DNA of 63,820 nucleotides, counting the filler. It is 5 parts of 5 records of this genome, joined end to end, with 100 filler letters (N's around TTAATTAATTAA, not from the genome) between each part and the next. Parts side by side here need not be neighbours in the genome. Positions count along the whole stretch, not along the records: positions 6,426 to 36,500 come from SRR20825006_701; 4 more parts are not named here. One strand, given 5' to 3'. Below are positions 21,428 to 32,347 of this stretch, one piece after another (position 1 is the first letter of the stretch; the number at the start of each line of letters is the position of its first letter). A program made the translations under genes and the position numbers. Under the pieces are notes generated by a model that worked only from the letters and a program-made list of their open reading frames with translations, searched no databases and was not told where the DNA came from.

Positions 21428-22738
21428 TCAGACGTATTTGTTGACGATGTTTTCCAGATATTCCTGGCGACCGGACTTCGGAGCCGGGTTGATATTTTCT
21501 TTTTCAACCATAGCTGCGATGTCTTCCAGAGACATCTCGCCAGCGAGCATCTTCTTTGCCGCTGCACTTTCCCAGCCAGCATAGCGCTCGTTGAGAGGTT
21601 TGGAGAGGGCGCCGTCTTCGACCATCTTCGCTGCCGCTTTCAGGCCACGGGCGCAGCAATCCATGCCGCCGATATGACCATGAAGCAGGTCTGCCGGATC
21701 GATTGACTGGCGGCGCAGCTTGGCATCGAAATTTGTGCCGCCGCCGGTGAAACCACCTGCCAGCAGAACCTGATAGTAAGCCAGTGCCATTTCCGGAACA
21801 TTGTTCGGGAACTGGTCGGTATCCCAGCCGGATTGGTAGTCGTTGCGGTTCATGTCGATGGAGCCGAGAATGCCGAGTTCGCGGGCAAGCGCCAACTCAT
21901 GCTCGAAAGTGTGACCGGCCAGGATAGCGTGTCCCTGCTCGATATTGACCTTCACTTCCTTTTCCAGGCCGTGCTTTTGCAGGAAGCCGTATACGGTTGC
22001 AACGTCGTAGTCATACTGATGCTTTGTCGGTTCCTGCGGCTTCGGTTCCACCAGGATCTGACCCTTGAAGCCGATCTTGTGCTTGTACTCGACAACCATG
22101 TGCAGCATCCGCGCCATCTGGTCGAGTTCCTTGCCCATGTCGGTGTTGAGCAGAGTTTCATAGCCTTCACGACCGCCCCACAGAACATAGTTCTGACCAC
22201 CGAGTTTGTGGGTTGCGTCCATGCAGGTCTTGATGGTCGCAGCGGAGAACGCGAACACGTCCGGATCGGGATTGGTCGCCGCGCCTGACATGAAGCGGCG
22301 GTTGGTGAACAGGTTTGCTGTGCCCCAGAGGAGCTGCATCCCGGTTTCCTCCTGCTTGCCGCCGAAATAATCTACGATTTCGTTCAGGTTCTTCGTGTTC
22401 TCGGCAAAGCTGTCGCCTTCCGGGCGCACATCCACATCGTGGAAGCAATAGAAAGGCGCACCGAGAAGCGTGAACAGTTCAAAAGCAACATCGGCTTTCA
22501 GCTTCGCCTTTTCCATGCCGCCGTCATACCACGGGCGGTCAAACGTGCGTCCGCCAAAGGGGTCGCCGCCTTCCCAGGCGAGGCTGTGCCAGTAGGCTAT
22601 GGCAAAACGCAGATGTTCTTTCAGCTGCTTGCCCATGACGATTTCGTCAGGGTTATAATGTTTGAAGGCAAGCGGATTTTCGCTGTTCGGGCCTTCGTAC
22701 TGGATTTTGGCGATATCGCCGAAAAAGCCGGTGCTCAT
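21428..22738 (-). CDS. xylA: xylose isomerase
   Basis: [32 protein letters not shown]. Confidence 0.99.
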   Translation of the reverse strand: MSTGFFGDIAKIQYEGPNSENPLAFKHYNPDEIVMGKQLKEHLRFAIAYWHSLAWEGGDPFGGRTFDRPWYDGGMEKAKLKADVAFELFTLLGAPFYCFHDVDVRPEGDSFAENTKNLNEIVDYFGGKQEETGMQLLWGTANLFTNRRFMSGAATNPDPDVFAFSAATIKTCMDATHKLGGQNYVLWGGREGYETLLNTDMGKELDQMARMLHMVVEYKHKIGFKGQILVEPKPQEPTKHQYDYDVATVYGFLQKHGLEKEVKVNIEQGHAILAGHTFEHELALARELGILGSIDMNRNDYQSGWDTDQFPNNVPEMALAYYQVLLAGGFTGGGTNFDAKLRRQSIDPADLLHGHIGGMDCCARGLKAAAKMVEDGALSKPLNERYAGWESAAAKKMLAGEMSLEDIAAMVEKENINPAPKSGRQEYLENIVNKYV

Positions 22739-22779
22739 AGGTTCACTCCCTTTGAGTTAATGTTTCCGGGGGAAGATTT

Positions 22780-24237
22780 TCAGTTGCCGGAAAGCGGTTT
22801 GATGGCCGGGTAAAGCGCCCGGTAGCGTTGGTAAGCGGTCTCGAATGCATCCGAGAGCGCCGTTTCAGGTTCCACTGTCTCGGCCGTTTCCGGCGGTGTG
22901 CAGACCACCAGCGGATCGTTGCCCGTTGCGGCCAGAAGACCCAGACGAGCTGCGCCGAAAGCGGCGCCGAAATCACCGTCGGTTGGAATATCGACCGGCA
23001 GGTTGAGCGCAGTGGCGATGGCCTTCAACCAGTAGCGTGACCGTGAGCCGCCACCGATAGCCGTGATGCGTTCAAGGCTGGTGCCGGCTGCTTTTAAAGC
23101 TTCCATGCTGTCGCGTAATGCAAAGGTGACGCCTTCCATCACCGCTCGTGTCATGGCGGCGCGGTCGCTCTCATGGGCAAGGCCGATGAATGCACCGCGA
23201 ATGGCGGCGTCGTTGTGCGGTGTTCTTTCGCCGGAAAGATAAGGCAGGAAGGTCACTTCGCTTGGGGCCTGCAGTGTGTCACCGACTTCTGCTGTCAGCT
23301 CTGCCGGTGTCTTGTCTGTAACCTTTGCATACCAGTTGAGTGCGTCGGTGGCCGACAGGATCACGCCCATCTGGTGCCAGGTGCCGGGCAGTGCGTGACA
23401 GAAGGCGTGGACTGCACTTTCGGGCTTTGGCAGGTATCGGTCATTGGCTGCGAAAACGACGCCGGATGTGCCCAGCGAAACGAAAGCAGAGCCATTGGCA
23501 ACGGTGCCCATGCCGCAAGCTGAAGCCGCATTGTCACCGGCGCCACCGGCGACGACGACCGGCCCGGTCATCCCCCATTCGGAGGCAAGCGCCTGTTTCA
23601 GAACGCCGCCAGCTTGTGAGCCTTCAACGAGGCCCGGCATCTGTTCGCGTTTGAGATCGGTGGCTGAAAGCAGGTCGTCGGACCAGTCGCGCTTTGCCGT
23701 ATCAAGCCAGGAGGTTCCGGCCGAATCCGACATTTCCGAGATGAACTCACCCGTCAGCCAGTATCGCAGATAATCCTTTGGCAGCAGAACCTTGCTCACA
23801 TTCGCAAATATGTCCGGCTCGTTGTTTTTGACCCATACGAGCTTCGGCGCGGTGAACCCGGGAAAGACAATATTGCCGGTGATGGCGCGGAACCGTGGGG
23901 CGTCATCAAGCTGTGCGGCTTCAACATATGAGCGCGTATCGTTCCACAATATGCAAGGGCGCAGCACATCACCTGATGTACCAACCAGTGTCGCGCCATG
24001 CATATGGCCGGAAAGACCGATGCCCTTGACGGCAGCAAGCTCTGCAGGGTGGCGTTCTTTCAGGCGACCTACAGCCACTTCGCAGGCAGAAATCCAGTCT
24101 GCCGGGTTTTGTTCAGACCAGCCGTGATGAAGGCGCGAGACGGTGAGCGGCGCATCGGCACTTGCGATCACCTTCTGGCTCTCGTCGATCAGCATGGCCT
24201 TGAGGCCCGAGGTTCCAAGATCAAGTCCGAGATACAT
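22780..24237 (-). CDS. xylB: xylulokinase
   Basis: GLDLGTSG, ILWNDTR, PGFTAPK, GDNAA, GERTPHND; adjacent to xylA. Confidence 0.97.
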   Translation of the reverse strand: MYLGLDLGTSGLKAMLIDESQKVIASADAPLTVSRLHHGWSEQNPADWISACEVAVGRLKERHPAELAAVKGIGLSGHMHGATLVGTSGDVLRPCILWNDTRSYVEAAQLDDAPRFRAITGNIVFPGFTAPKLVWVKNNEPDIFANVSKVLLPKDYLRYWLTGEFISEMSDSAGTSWLDTAKRDWSDDLLSATDLKREQMPGLVEGSQAGGVLKQALASEWGMTGPVVVAGGAGDNAASACGMGTVANGSAFVSLGTSGVVFAANDRYLPKPESAVHAFCHALPGTWHQMGVILSATDALNWYAKVTDKTPAELTAEVGDTLQAPSEVTFLPYLSGERTPHNDAAIRGAFIGLAHESDRAAMTRAVMEGVTFALRDSMEALKAAGTSLERITAIGGGSRSRYWLKAIATALNLPVDIPTDGDFGAAFGAARLGLLAATGNDPLVVCTPPETAETVEPETALSDAFETAYQRYRALYPAIKPLSGN

Positions 24238-24271
24238 GCATATCCTCCCTGAAAATTATATTTTTTGCTGA

Positions 24272-25300
24272 TTACGGCAGGTTGTCTTTTATAAAGATGT
24301 CGATACGGATGCGTTCCTGACTGTCGATGACAGGCAGGCCGTCTGCTTTGGCTTTCAGAACGCGGATGGCGCTTCGGACCTCATGCCCGGCATCCTGATT
24401 CAGCACGGCGTCAAAGGTTCCGTGCTCCAGCGCGTTTCTCGCATGGTCTGAAAGCTCATGTGCGATTGTGACGATCTCGCGGTGTTCATCGTGTGCCTTG
24501 TCGAGCGCGGCAATCAGTCCACGATTACCGGCACCCAGACTGTAGAGACCGATCATATCCGGGTGTTGCGTCAGGGCGCTTTCAACCAGTTGTCTTGCCA
24601 ATGCAGCATCGTCACGCCCTTCCATCGGGGCAAGCACGTTCAGATGGGGAAAACGTTCCGTCATGATTTCTGAAAAACCCTGGAAGCGGTTTTGGTGGTC
24701 GCGGACCGAGAGTGAACCTGCCAGAACGCCGACGGTTCCGCTTCTCTCGCCCAAAAAACGGCCCAGAAGAGTGGCAGCCGTGCGTCCGGCAGCGCGGTTG
24801 TCAACACCTGCATAATGGTCGCGCTCGCCGTCCTGAAGGTCCGAAACAAGCGTGACGACCGGAATGCCTGCCTGCTTCAGCCTGGCCACCGCAGCGATGA
24901 CCGGAGCGGCCTCAATGGCAACAAGGGCAATACCGGCGGTATCTTTTTCGCGTGTTCTGTCGATGGCGTCGGCCAGTGCTTCCGCGTCGAAAGCTGGCAC
25001 GTCGACAATTTCAATCTGTGTGCGTTCAATCGGACCGCGCTCGATAGCCTGTTCAACCGCTTCATGCAGGCCATGCATGAAGGCGTTATCATTTTGCGGA
25101 AGAATAAACGTAAAGGGGTAGACCCGGCCCTTGGCAAGATTGGCTGCGGCGACATCGCGAACATATCCCAGCTTGGCGACGGCAGCTTCAACCTTTTCCC
25201 GTGTCTTGGCACGCACGCCGGGACGGGCGTTCAGAACACGATCAACCGTGGCAAGGCTGACGCCTGCTTCGGCTGCAATGTCATGAACGGTCGGTCGCAT
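24272..25300 (-). CDS. LacI family regulator (probable xylose regulon repressor)
   Basis: TVHDIAAEAGVSLATVDRVLN HTH; first gene of the xylBA operon. Confidence 0.93.
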   Translation of the reverse strand: MRPTVHDIAAEAGVSLATVDRVLNARPGVRAKTREKVEAAVAKLGYVRDVAAANLAKGRVYPFTFILPQNDNAFMHGLHEAVEQAIERGPIERTQIEIVDVPAFDAEALADAIDRTREKDTAGIALVAIEAAPVIAAVARLKQAGIPVVTLVSDLQDGERDHYAGVDNRAAGRTAATLLGRFLGERSGTVGVLAGSLSVRDHQNRFQGFSEIMTERFPHLNVLAPMEGRDDAALARQLVESALTQHPDMIGLYSLGAGNRGLIAALDKAHDEHREIVTIAHELSDHARNALEHGTFDAVLNQDAGHEVRSAIRVLKAKADGLPVIDSQERIRIDIFIKDNLP

Positions 25301-25371
25301 ATAGTCCTGCTCTTTAGCTGCGCATGAGGTGGCGCTGGTTTTCTTATGGCGGGAATCTATAGCGAGAAAAA

Positions 25372-25387
25372 TGATGTACGTAAATCA
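25372..25387. promoter_or_regulatory. LacI-type operator, copy 2
   Basis: TGATGTACGTAAATCA, about 70 bp upstream of the lacI-family gene. Confidence 0.78.
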
Positions 25388-25450
25388 AAAATCAGCAAAA
25401 GCCCTGCCGATTTTCATTTATTGTCTGAAAATTTTTCTTTTCTCAAAAAA

Positions 25451-25897
25451 TCAGGTGGTTTTTCGTGCCACCAGATACACATGGTCGCAGGCCAGGACCA
25501 CTTCGGCACGCTGATTTAAAACCCGGACTTTTTCGATCACGCGGCCATGGCCGGGGCGCTTGGGATCATCTTCCTTGGCGGCAATGGTCAGCACTGTGTG
25601 GATCGTGTCTCCAATAAAAACAGGCTTTGGAAAACGCAGCCGTTCATAGCCATAGGTAAATGAGTGCGGATTGATCTCGCTGGCAGACAGGCCGATGCCG
25701 ATCGCAAATGTCATAGTGCCATGGGCGATGCGCTGGCCGAAAGGGGTGTCCTTCATATGTTCTGCATCCATGTGGTGCGGAAAAAAATCGCCGGTATGGC
25801 CTGCATGGACAACAAAATCGGTTTCGGTAATGGTGCGGCCATAGGTGACACGTTCTTCGCCGATGGCAATGTCTTCAAAATGGCGCGGGCGTTCCAT
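25451..25897 (-). CDS. MaoC family (hot-dog fold) dehydratase
   Basis: [32 protein letters not shown]. Confidence 0.93.
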   Translation of the reverse strand: MERPRHFEDIAIGEERVTYGRTITETDFVVHAGHTGDFFPHHMDAEHMKDTPFGQRIAHGTMTFAIGIGLSASEINPHSFTYGYERLRFPKPVFIGDTIHTVLTIAAKEDDPKRPGHGRVIEKVRVLNQRAEVVLACDHVYLVARKTT

Positions 25898-27024
25898 CAG
25901 AAACTCTCCTTGTAAAGTGTGTTGAGGGTTGCGATTACATCCTGGGCAGAACGGTTTTGCTGCATACCGTCATTGAGCACTTCGGAAGCCTTTTTCTGGA
26001 AACCCATATAGCCGTCATGGCGGGGGCGCACATAAGCGCGTTCATGCGACTGGCGGGTATTGCGATAGAAATTGCCGGTGGTGGCGTTGACGGCATCGTC
26101 CTCCCATCCGGCAGCATGGCCCGGCTGGCCACCGGCTTCCGCAAACAAGGTTTTCTGTACATCGCCGCTTGCGACCCAATAAGCGTAATCAATGGCTGCA
26201 TCACGGTTTTTCGAAAATGCGGATACGGCAATGCCTGTGCCACCAAGCGCTGAGCCGCATGGGCCGTTTTCACCTACGGCCGGGATATCGGCAAACATCA
26301 GCCTGTGCGGGCGGAAACCATCAATGGCATAGTTGACATAGCCATAGGCAAACGGTGTCACGCTGGCCATGGAATCCTCTGCTGCCAGGGCTTCATAAAT
26401 GGCAATCGGATCTTGCTCGAAATTGTCCTGCGGTACCAGCTGTGCCAGTTCTCTCAGACATTCAAACGCTACGATCCCCTTGCCCGGATCAATGAACCTA
26501 TCCGGGTGATCATTGCGGCAGGGTGCACCGAGATTGGCGGAAAGCGTGAAGAAGGTCATCAAGCTGTGCGGCGGGCGCAAGGGCAAAAGCACAAGGCCTT
26601 TTTCCGCCAGTTCCATCAGGCTTTCCCAGTTCTCAGGCGGAGCAGCCAGCCGATCAGGGCGGTAGGCCATGACCTGCGTTGCCGCATCGATGGGAAAGCC
26701 CCACTGGCGGCCTTGATAATTGTAGCTGTCATAGGATGCGCCGACCGAACCGGCTTTCAGCGCTTCACGGTCTGACATGCGTCCTTCGACATCCAGCGGA
26801 GCGAGACACTGCTCGGCAGTGATCTGCCCGACATGCGGATGGTCGATCACAATCAGATCATATTGCCGGGCCAGCTCCTCAACCGGAAAGCTCTCGAAAT
26901 CCTGAAGACTGCGCTTGTCCCAGTCGATGGTTACACCGGTTTTTTCCGCCCAGACCTGCGACGTGGCGACCATAGGATCAAAGCCACGCGGGTGGTTCCA
27001 GGTCATGCCTTTCAGTTTGGTCAT
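25897..27024 (-). CDS. solute-binding-protein-fold protein without signal peptide
   Basis: SBP family 1 features ([23 protein letters not shown]); starts directly at MTKLKGMTW. Confidence 0.85.
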   Translation of the reverse strand: MTKLKGMTWNHPRGFDPMVATSQVWAEKTGVTIDWDKRSLQDFESFPVEELARQYDLIVIDHPHVGQITAEQCLAPLDVEGRMSDREALKAGSVGASYDSYNYQGRQWGFPIDAATQVMAYRPDRLAAPPENWESLMELAEKGLVLLPLRPPHSLMTFFTLSANLGAPCRNDHPDRFIDPGKGIVAFECLRELAQLVPQDNFEQDPIAIYEALAAEDSMASVTPFAYGYVNYAIDGFRPHRLMFADIPAVGENGPCGSALGGTGIAVSAFSKNRDAAIDYAYWVASGDVQKTLFAEAGGQPGHAAGWEDDAVNATTGNFYRNTRQSHERAYVRPRHDGYMGFQKKASEVLNDGMQQNRSAQDVIATLNTLYKESF

Positions 27025-28187
27025 TAAAGATTGAACTCCGCTCTGATGGATGCGCTCTGTTCACCGATCTTCGGCGCGGCGCGGTCGGTTCTGACACGCT
27101 TTCCGTCGATTCTGAGTGGTGAGCGCGTGGTCTGTATTTCAACGTTGTCGTCGCGGGTAACGGTTTGCAGCATGTCCAGGACTTTAAAGCCCGCATGGTC
27201 AAGCAGTTCCGGCCAGTCGAGCACTTTCGAGCACCAGATATCGGCGGGTTCCAGAATGGAAAGCCAGTGTTCCGTGGTTTGCTTTGCAAGCGCTTCTGCG
27301 ATGATTTTCTTGATCGTGTCGCGGGCGGTAAACCAGGTGTCTGGCTTGCCACGATAAGGCGCGAGCGCATCGATCTGAAGCACATCGGCCAACTGATCGA
27401 TCGGCATCATTGCCAGCGCCAGCCAGCCGTCAGCTGTTTCGTAAACGCCATAAGGCGCAGACAGATAGGCGTGGGCCGAACGATAGGATGAGCGTTTCGG
27501 TGGGCGGCGGCCATCGTTCAAGTGTGTCGTCAGAACTTCAAACTGGAGATCGACAAGCGCTTCCATCAGGCTGGTTTCAATATGCGCGCCTTTGCCGGTG
27601 CGCCCTTGCTTGACCAGTGCAGCCAGAACCCCCTGCGCCAGTGCAGCGCCTGCCAGCATATCGGCAATTGCCAGCCCGAAAGGTACCGGCCCCTGATCAT
27701 CATCACCGTTCAGCCACATCACGCCGGAACGCGCCTGAGCCAGCAGATCCTGCCCCGGCCGCATGACCCAGGGGCCTTCGTCGCCATAGCCGGTAATCGA
27801 GCCGTAGACGAGGCCGGGGTTGATCGTTCTGACGGTTTCATAATCGAGGCCCAGACGTTTGATCACGCCGGGGCGGAAGTTCTGGAGAACCACATCGGCC
27901 TTTGCGATGAGCTTCTTCAGTGCGGCGAGATCTTCCTCGCTCTTCATATCGATCGCGAGGCTTTCTTTCGAGCGGTTGATGGCGTGAAAGATCGTGGAAT
28001 CGCCACCGATTTCGGTATCCGACAGATAGAGGCGGCGCGAGAGATCCCCGAGGCCGGGGCGTTCGATCTTGATGACGCGTGCGCCAAGATCCTGGAGCCG
28101 GAGCGAGCAATAAGGGCCGGAAAGAAACTGGCACATATCCAGCACCAGCAAGCCGGAAAGCGGCAGGTCGTCTTTTTCGTCTGTCAT
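27024..28187 (-). CDS. CaiB/BaiF family III CoA-transferase
   Basis: SGP....L.DLGA.VIKIERP, NRSKES, QNFRPG, catalytic Asp in AIADMLAG. Confidence 0.95.
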   Translation of the reverse strand: MTDEKDDLPLSGLLVLDMCQFLSGPYCSLRLQDLGARVIKIERPGLGDLSRRLYLSDTEIGGDSTIFHAINRSKESLAIDMKSEEDLAALKKLIAKADVVLQNFRPGVIKRLGLDYETVRTINPGLVYGSITGYGDEGPWVMRPGQDLLAQARSGVMWLNGDDDQGPVPFGLAIADMLAGAALAQGVLAALVKQGRTGKGAHIETSLMEALVDLQFEVLTTHLNDGRRPPKRSSYRSAHAYLSAPYGVYETADGWLALAMMPIDQLADVLQIDALAPYRGKPDTWFTARDTIKKIIAEALAKQTTEHWLSILEPADIWCSKVLDWPELLDHAGFKVLDMLQTVTRDDNVEIQTTRSPLRIDGKRVRTDRAAPKIGEQSASIRAEFNL

Positions 28188-29248
28188 GGTTTTTCCTTCA
28201 GGGCCGTGGCTGGTGCTGCACTCGACTGGTAGGCCGCCTCAACCAGTGCCATGGTGTGCCAGGCGTCCTCGACTGAGGTTAAAAGCTGCGCGTCCTCGCC
28301 TGCGGCAAAGCGCTGGAGGTTGCTCATCGTGCCGATAAAGGCGTGCGGGAACCATGTACCGGAAAGCGGAATTTGCTCCCATTCGGCATCTTTGGCGCAG
28401 AACCACAGTTCATCCGGCACCCCTTTGGGGTAATCGAGATTAACGCCAAGCGTTGTCATCGCAACGCCGTCCGTGCCTTCAAACCGGAAGCCGCAATCCT
28501 GAAATTTCGGTCCGAAATCATGGTTATGGTTGACTGACATGACGGCTCGAACCGGCGCATCGTAATCAAGAATGGCCGAAGTCCGGGATTGTGAAACCGT
28601 GGTTTGCGGGTGGCCAATGGTTTTGGCGTGAATGCCCTTCGGATTTCCGAGGAAATGGCGGAACAGATCAAGGTAATGGATCGAATGCAGCAGGATTTCG
28701 ACCCGTTCCATGCCCTTCAGAAATGGCCAGAGATGCCAGGGCGTCATCATATTGGCGTGCATCTCGATATCGACGAGTTCACCCAGCCGGCCATTCCTGT
28801 AAAGATCGTGAACCGCCAGCATCATCGGGGCAAAACGAAGCTGGAAATTGACCGCAGCAGTCAGCTTCTTTGCCCGGCAGACTTCAAGAATGCGCGTTGC
28901 CTCGTCAATATCCCGGCCCATCGGCTTTTGCAGCAGAACGCACGCACCTTCAGGCAATTGTTCCAGTACCGAAACATGGGCAGCAGGCGGCAATGCCAGA
29001 TCAAAGATGGCATTTGGCGTGGCAATGGCCTCATCGAGGCTGGCGAAGGGGCGAAGAGTCCAGTCCCTTGCAATATTGGCACTGCGTTCTGCATCAAGGT
29101 CGAAAACGCCTGCGACCGGCAGGCCAGCCATGCGGTAGGCAGGCATGTGCGCATCGCCGACGATGGAGCCGGCACCAATGATGACAATGGGGCGCGGCGT
29201 ACTGGCCGCAGCCCAGCTTTGAGCGGGTGCGATAGATGAAACTGACAA
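28184..29248 (-). CDS. Gfo/Idh/MocA family oxidoreductase
   Basis: IGAGSIV..AH, QKPMG, NFQLRF, HSIHYLD; GGAGGAG RBS before TTG. Confidence 0.92.
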   Translation of the reverse strand: MSVSSIAPAQSWAAASTPRPIVIIGAGSIVGDAHMPAYRMAGLPVAGVFDLDAERSANIARDWTLRPFASLDEAIATPNAIFDLALPPAAHVSVLEQLPEGACVLLQKPMGRDIDEATRILEVCRAKKLTAAVNFQLRFAPMMLAVHDLYRNGRLGELVDIEMHANMMTPWHLWPFLKGMERVEILLHSIHYLDLFRHFLGNPKGIHAKTIGHPQTTVSQSRTSAILDYDAPVRAVMSVNHNHDFGPKFQDCGFRFEGTDGVAMTTLGVNLDYPKGVPDELWFCAKDAEWEQIPLSGTWFPHAFIGTMSNLQRFAAGEDAQLLTSVEDAWHTMALVEAAYQSSAAPATALKEKP

Positions 29249-29287
29249 CCTGCTCCTCCTTCAGGTTTGGGCATTTTGCCTCGTGTC

Positions 29288-29320
29288 ATTCTTATGTGAA
29301 TAGATTATTCAAATTTGGAG
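29288..29320. promoter_or_regulatory. tandem 14-bp palindromes, candidate IclR operator
   Basis: ATTCTTATGTGAAT and ATTCAAATTTGGAG, 19-bp period; same layout at 33235 and 43303. Confidence 0.6.
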
Positions 29321-29399
29321 GCATTGCAAGAGCCGAAAACGACCGGCCTCATTTTTCATGGCGCAACCGGTCCAATAGACCCTGTCTTATCTGCGGGAC

Positions 29400-29969
29400 T
29401 TAGCAGCTCTCGTCGAGGAGGCGTGCCGTCAGAAATACGATCTGTTCCTCCCGCTTTTCCCGTCCCGCCGGTATCTTGTAAAGGCCGCCGATACAGGCAA
29501 ACAGAAGCGCGGTGCGATCTGAGGCTTTGGCGCGTGACCAGCCCTCTTCAACCAGAAGAACGGTTGCACGTTCCTGAAGTTCGTTACTGAGAAGAGCAAT
29601 TTCCGAACCCGTGAGGATAACGGCCTGGTGTGTCAGTTCCGCCCGGTGCGGAGAGGCTTCAAGCACGGCATCAAGCTCGAAATATTTCGCGGACAAAGCA
29701 GCAGCGATCCGGTCACTGGCAGAGCCATTTGCCGTGAAGGCCGTTTCAGCTGCGATCTTCAGGCGTGTTGCCACGGACATGAGAACGGCACGGAACACAG
29801 CGTCCTTATCGGGAAAATAGGCGTAAAGTGTGGCCTTTGCGACGCCAGCACGCCGGGCGATCGCTTCCATCGTGGTTGATCGCAGGCCGAATTCCAGAAA
29901 CTGCGTCTCGGCTGCGGCGGCGATCCGCTGCGCACGATCCTGTTTTTTTCTCATTGGTGGTTGCGTCAT
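29400..29969 (-). CDS. TetR/AcrR family regulator
   Basis: TTMEAIARRAGVAKATLYAYFPDK. Confidence 0.93.
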   Translation of the reverse strand: MTQPPMRKKQDRAQRIAAAAETQFLEFGLRSTTMEAIARRAGVAKATLYAYFPDKDAVFRAVLMSVATRLKIAAETAFTANGSASDRIAAALSAKYFELDAVLEASPHRAELTHQAVILTGSEIALLSNELQERATVLLVEEGWSRAKASDRTALLFACIGGLYKIPAGREKREEQIVFLTARLLDESC

Positions 29970-30045
29970 ACCTTGAAGGCTCCGAAAAAATAATCATACT
30001 GAACGAATATTGTTCGTTTCGTCTAAATATAGCGAGGTTGAATTG

Positions 30046-31071
30046 ATGGATACAGTACTCTTGACCGGCATCACAGGCTTTCTCGGTGGGCACATCGCGC
30101 TCGAACTTCTGAACTCCGGTTACCATGTGCGCGGAAGTCTGCGCAATCCGGGGGCAGATGGCGAGCGTACACAAGCGGTCAGGCAATCTTTGGAAGCTGC
30201 CGGTGCTGATACCTCGCAGTTGGAGTTTGTCACGCTTGATCTGCTGAAGGATGAGGGCTGGGAGCAGGCCGCAGAAGGCGCGCGTTATGTCATGCATGTG
30301 GCGTCGCCGTTCGTGACCTCAATGCCGAAAGATCCTGATGTTCTGGTCAAACCGGCTGTAGCTGGAACGGAGCGGGCATTGAACGCCGCAGTAAAAGCGG
30401 GCGTTGAGCGGGTGGTTTTGACCTCATCCACGGTGGCCATTGTTCAGGGGCGCGGACCGGGCCGGCCTGCAAGGCTTGGCCCGGATGACTGGTCGGACCC
30501 TGATGAAGGGCGGCTTTCGGCTTATGCGCTATCGAAAAACCTGGCTGAACGACGGGCCTGGGAAATGGCCGGAGCGACTGGCCTGGACCTTGCCGTCATA
30601 AATCCCGGTTTCATCGTTGGCCCGTTGCTGGATGATGATCCGGGGACATCGGGCGCTGTATTTCAGCGATTGTTGCGCGGTGATCTGCCGATGGTGCCAC
30701 GATTGCACATGCATTTGGTTGATGTTCGTGACCTTGCGCGTATTCATGTTGCAGCATTGAGCGCACCGGAGGCCGTCAACAAGCGCCATCCGGCTGCCTT
30801 CTCCGCAGCTTCGCTGAAGGAAATATCAGCCATCATGACCGAGGCCGCGCCTGCGTATGCCAAGAAGCTGCCATCGCGCCAGGCCCCTGATTTTCTGGTG
30901 CGTCTGATTGCGCTTTTTGATGGTGATATCCGTTCCAATCTCAACGAGCTTGGTTATGCGCCCGCGCTGGATGCCAGCCGTGCAGCAAACCTGCTCGGGC
31001 GTGCGCCAAGAGCCGCGGGGGAAACCATCGGTGATATGACCAGAAGCCTCATTTCCCGCGGACTGGTCTGA
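30046..31071 (+). CDS. NAD-dependent epimerase/dehydratase (aldehyde reductase/DFR-like extended SDR)
   Basis: TGITGFLG, HVASP, LTSS, YALSK. Confidence 0.92.
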   Translation: MDTVLLTGITGFLGGHIALELLNSGYHVRGSLRNPGADGERTQAVRQSLEAAGADTSQLEFVTLDLLKDEGWEQAAEGARYVMHVASPFVTSMPKDPDVLVKPAVAGTERALNAAVKAGVERVVLTSSTVAIVQGRGPGRPARLGPDDWSDPDEGRLSAYALSKNLAERRAWEMAGATGLDLAVINPGFIVGPLLDDDPGTSGAVFQRLLRGDLPMVPRLHMHLVDVRDLARIHVAALSAPEAVNKRHPAAFSAASLKEISAIMTEAAPAYAKKLPSRQAPDFLVRLIALFDGDIRSNLNELGYAPALDASRAANLLGRAPRAAGETIGDMTRSLISRGLV

Positions 31072-31114
31072 GCGGTCCTTGTTTCCCGGCAATCGGAAAA
31101 CAGGCGGAAAGGCC

Positions 31115-31444
31115 TCACGCCAGATGGAAAACATCCTCCATCTCGATCCACCATTCACCGTCCTTGGCGGTGTCCAGGGGCTTTTGGCAAGGCTCGCAAA
31201 CGGCCCACCATTCCTGTGTTTTCGGGTCTGCGGCCATTTTCGCCATGTCCGCGGCATAGTCGTCGCCGGTATATTCATAATAGGAAAACAGGAGGTTTTC
31301 CGGTTCGCGCAGAAAAATCGTATAGTTTTGAATATTGCACTGTTTGATCATATCCAGCACGTCCGGCCAGGCATTGGCGTGAAGATGCTTGTACTCAGCG
31401 ACTTTTTCCGCGTTCAGCTTAATTACCATTCCGATGCGTTGCAT
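31115..31444 (-). CDS. L-rhamnose mutarotase family protein
   Basis: EYKHLHANAWP, NIQNYTIF, LFSYYEY, WW, MEDVFHL. Confidence 0.9.
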   Translation of the reverse strand: MQRIGMVIKLNAEKVAEYKHLHANAWPDVLDMIKQCNIQNYTIFLREPENLLFSYYEYTGDDYAADMAKMAADPKTQEWWAVCEPCQKPLDTAKDGEWWIEMEDVFHLA

Positions 31445-31460
31445 TTTTTTCTCCCCTTTT

Positions 31461-32285
31461 TCAAAGGCCGTAAATACGTTTGGCATTGCTGCTGAAGAAT
31501 TTTTCCTGCTCTGCCAAGCTGGTGTTTTTCATAATTTCGCGGGAAGTGCTGACCCAGTCTTCAAGGCTGGCAGTCAGCGTACACACCGGGAAATCCGAGC
31601 CCCAGACGACACGGTCGAAGGTAAAGGCTTCAATGACGTGTTCGATATAGGGACGGAGCGTATCTGTGTTCCAGTCTGCTCCGCCATAGGCAATGACCCC
31701 GGAAACCTTGGCAGCAATATTGGGCAGGCGCGCAATTTCGCTGATATCGGCCCGCCACGGGTCGAGTCCGTTATTCTCGATGTCCGGTACGCCGCAATGA
31801 TCGAGGACGAACTGCACATCCGGGCATTTTTTTGCCAGTTCCATGGCGAGCGGCAGTTGCCGCGCCAGAACACAAAGGTCGAATGACAGCCCATGGTCAG
31901 AAAGGCGGCGGATGTTTTCAGCAAAGACGGGCGTTTGTGAAAGGTCATCCGGCATCGTGTGCAGTACCCGGCGAAACCCCTTGATGCCTGGGTTTTCGGT
32001 CATGCGGTCAAGATAGGCGGGAAAATCCTTGCTCTCCGGGCGGCAGGCAGCAATGGCTCCGATAATCTTCTCATGCGCTCCGGTGATGAAATTGCTTTCT
32101 GCCTCAATGTCACCATCCGCGACATCAACTTCCATATGAAGCGCAGTATCGATACCAAGCTTCTCGGCTTTTGCGAAATAGTCTTCGGCCGTGGTTTGCT
32201 TGTTGAGCGCCGGTGCGCCCTCCAGCCACGGGTAGGAAAAGCGGTCCTTGTAAACAAGGTGCAGGTGGGTATCAATAATGTGCAT
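31461..32285 (-). CDS. amidohydrolase 2 family protein (sugar-lactone lactonase-like)
   Basis: IDTHLH, GFRRVLH, VLDHCG.P, KVSG, WGSDFPV. Confidence 0.9.
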   Translation of the reverse strand: MHIIDTHLHLVYKDRFSYPWLEGAPALNKQTTAEDYFAKAEKLGIDTALHMEVDVADGDIEAESNFITGAHEKIIGAIAACRPESKDFPAYLDRMTENPGIKGFRRVLHTMPDDLSQTPVFAENIRRLSDHGLSFDLCVLARQLPLAMELAKKCPDVQFVLDHCGVPDIENNGLDPWRADISEIARLPNIAAKVSGVIAYGGADWNTDTLRPYIEHVIEAFTFDRVVWGSDFPVCTLTASLEDWVSTSREIMKNTSLAEQEKFFSSNAKRIYGL

Positions 32286-32347
32286 GGTTCCTCCCTCTCA
32301 TGCGTTTGAAGGTTCTCGTCACCTGAATCTGAGATTCACCACACTAG

